This document shows, in pieces, positions 45,779 through 46,538 of a stretch of DNA of 46,538 bases. The DNA is taken from assembly GCA_001724245.1 (NCBI GenBank), contig MEDX01000018.1, positions 1 through 46,538 of the forward strand, given 5' to 3'. Made by a program: the position numbers and the translations under genes. Every line of letters begins with the position of its first letter. Position 1 is the stretch's first letter. Below the pieces are notes generated by a model. It searched no databases. It saw only the letters and a list, made by a program, of their open reading frames with translations, and was not told where the DNA came from. Source of the stretch: Fonticula-like sp. SCN 57-25. Its lineage: Eukaryota.

Positions 45779-46538
45779 ATGACAATTAGCAGCACAGTGT
45801 GGCGCATCTCTCGACACAAAGAACGGTCCGAAAATGTGTAAAACTGGGTGAGAAAATTGCACTTTACCGTTCCGCCTATGTGACCATGCTATCGCTACTG
45901 CCAACCAAATCTGTCTCAAAAATACCAATCTAAATCTGATCTTATTTTTGACGACGATTGGGGAGTAACATGCGCACATTACGCACACTCGTTCACTTCA
46001 CAGTGAAAACCGGAAGAACTGGCGCCGATTTTAATAGCGAGCTTGTTTGAAGCCTGAGCGCGCCCAAAGCATAATGGCAATTAGCAGTGCAATGTGGCGC
46101 ACCTTTCAAGACCACGAACGATGGTAAAAGGACCAAAATTGGGTGAGAAAATTGCACTTTACCGTTCCTGCCTATGGGCCATTCTCGCTTTCGGATCGCT
46201 ACTGCCAACCAAATCCGTTTTAAAATTCACAATCCACATCTAATCTGATTTTTGACGACGATTGGGGAGTAACATACGCACATTACGCACACTCGTCGCA
46301 CTCGCAGTGAAAACCGGAAGAACTGGCGCCGATTTTAATAGCGAGCTTGTTTGAAGCCAGAGCGCGCCCAAAGCATAATGGCAATTAGCAGCACAATGTG
46401 GCGCACCTTTCAAGACCACGAACGGTGGAAAAAGGACCAGAATTGGGTGAGAAAATTGCACTTTACCGTTCCAGCCTATGGGCCCATTCTCTCTTTTGGA
46501 TCTCTACTGCCAACCAAATCTGTCTCAAAAATTCAAAT
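45779..46538 (+). repeat. ~300-bp tandem repeat array (at least 2.5 copies, truncated by the window end)
   Basis: TGGGTGAGAAAATTGCACTTTACCGTTCC recurs at 45845, 46140 and 46444, and ATGRCAATTAGCAG at 45779, 46074 and 46378. The periods are 295 and 304 bp. Confidence 0.93.

Noticed and set aside
1-46538. Alternative genetic code or stop-codon readthrough as the cause of the broken ORFs
   Set aside because: Every break is explained by a short GT-AG (one GC-AG) intron, and TAA, TAG and TGA all end genes at the expected positions.
45779-46538. CRISPR array or spliced-leader RNA array
   Set aside because: Whole ~300-bp units repeat, with no unique spacers and no cas genes. The Sm-like AATTTTGG on the minus strand is present in only one copy, so an SL RNA is not supported.

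Overview
This is gene-dense, GC-rich nuclear DNA from a microbial eukaryote, probably a phagotrophic protist; the lineage cannot be assigned from the window. It uses the standard genetic code. I hand-spliced 19 protein-coding genes containing about 55 short spliceosomal introns (mostly 45-60 nt), so the ORF track fragments most genes. In order: secreted vanadium haloperoxidase-like protein, GH38 alpha-mannosidase, RPC5, divergent H2A.Z, MSH4, CD-MPR-like receptor, a low-complexity protein, IDE, a CID protein, secreted M23 peptidase, class II eIF4E, M43 protease, a RADX-like OB-fold protein, a Q-rich protein, an SLC19 carrier, an F-box/JmjC protein, a BAH protein, a membrane-anchored hydrolase/RNA-triphosphatase-like fusion and a TBRG1-like FYRN/FYRC protein. 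A ~300-bp tandem array runs off the right end. The most notable points are an apparent full-length RADX homologue in a unicellular eukaryote, splice donors that never carry A at +4, intron-containing bacterial-type secreted enzymes that may form a bactericidal or digestive toolkit, and very short bidirectional promoters carrying CLEAR-type E-boxes. All family calls come from motif recognition by eye; no database search was run.
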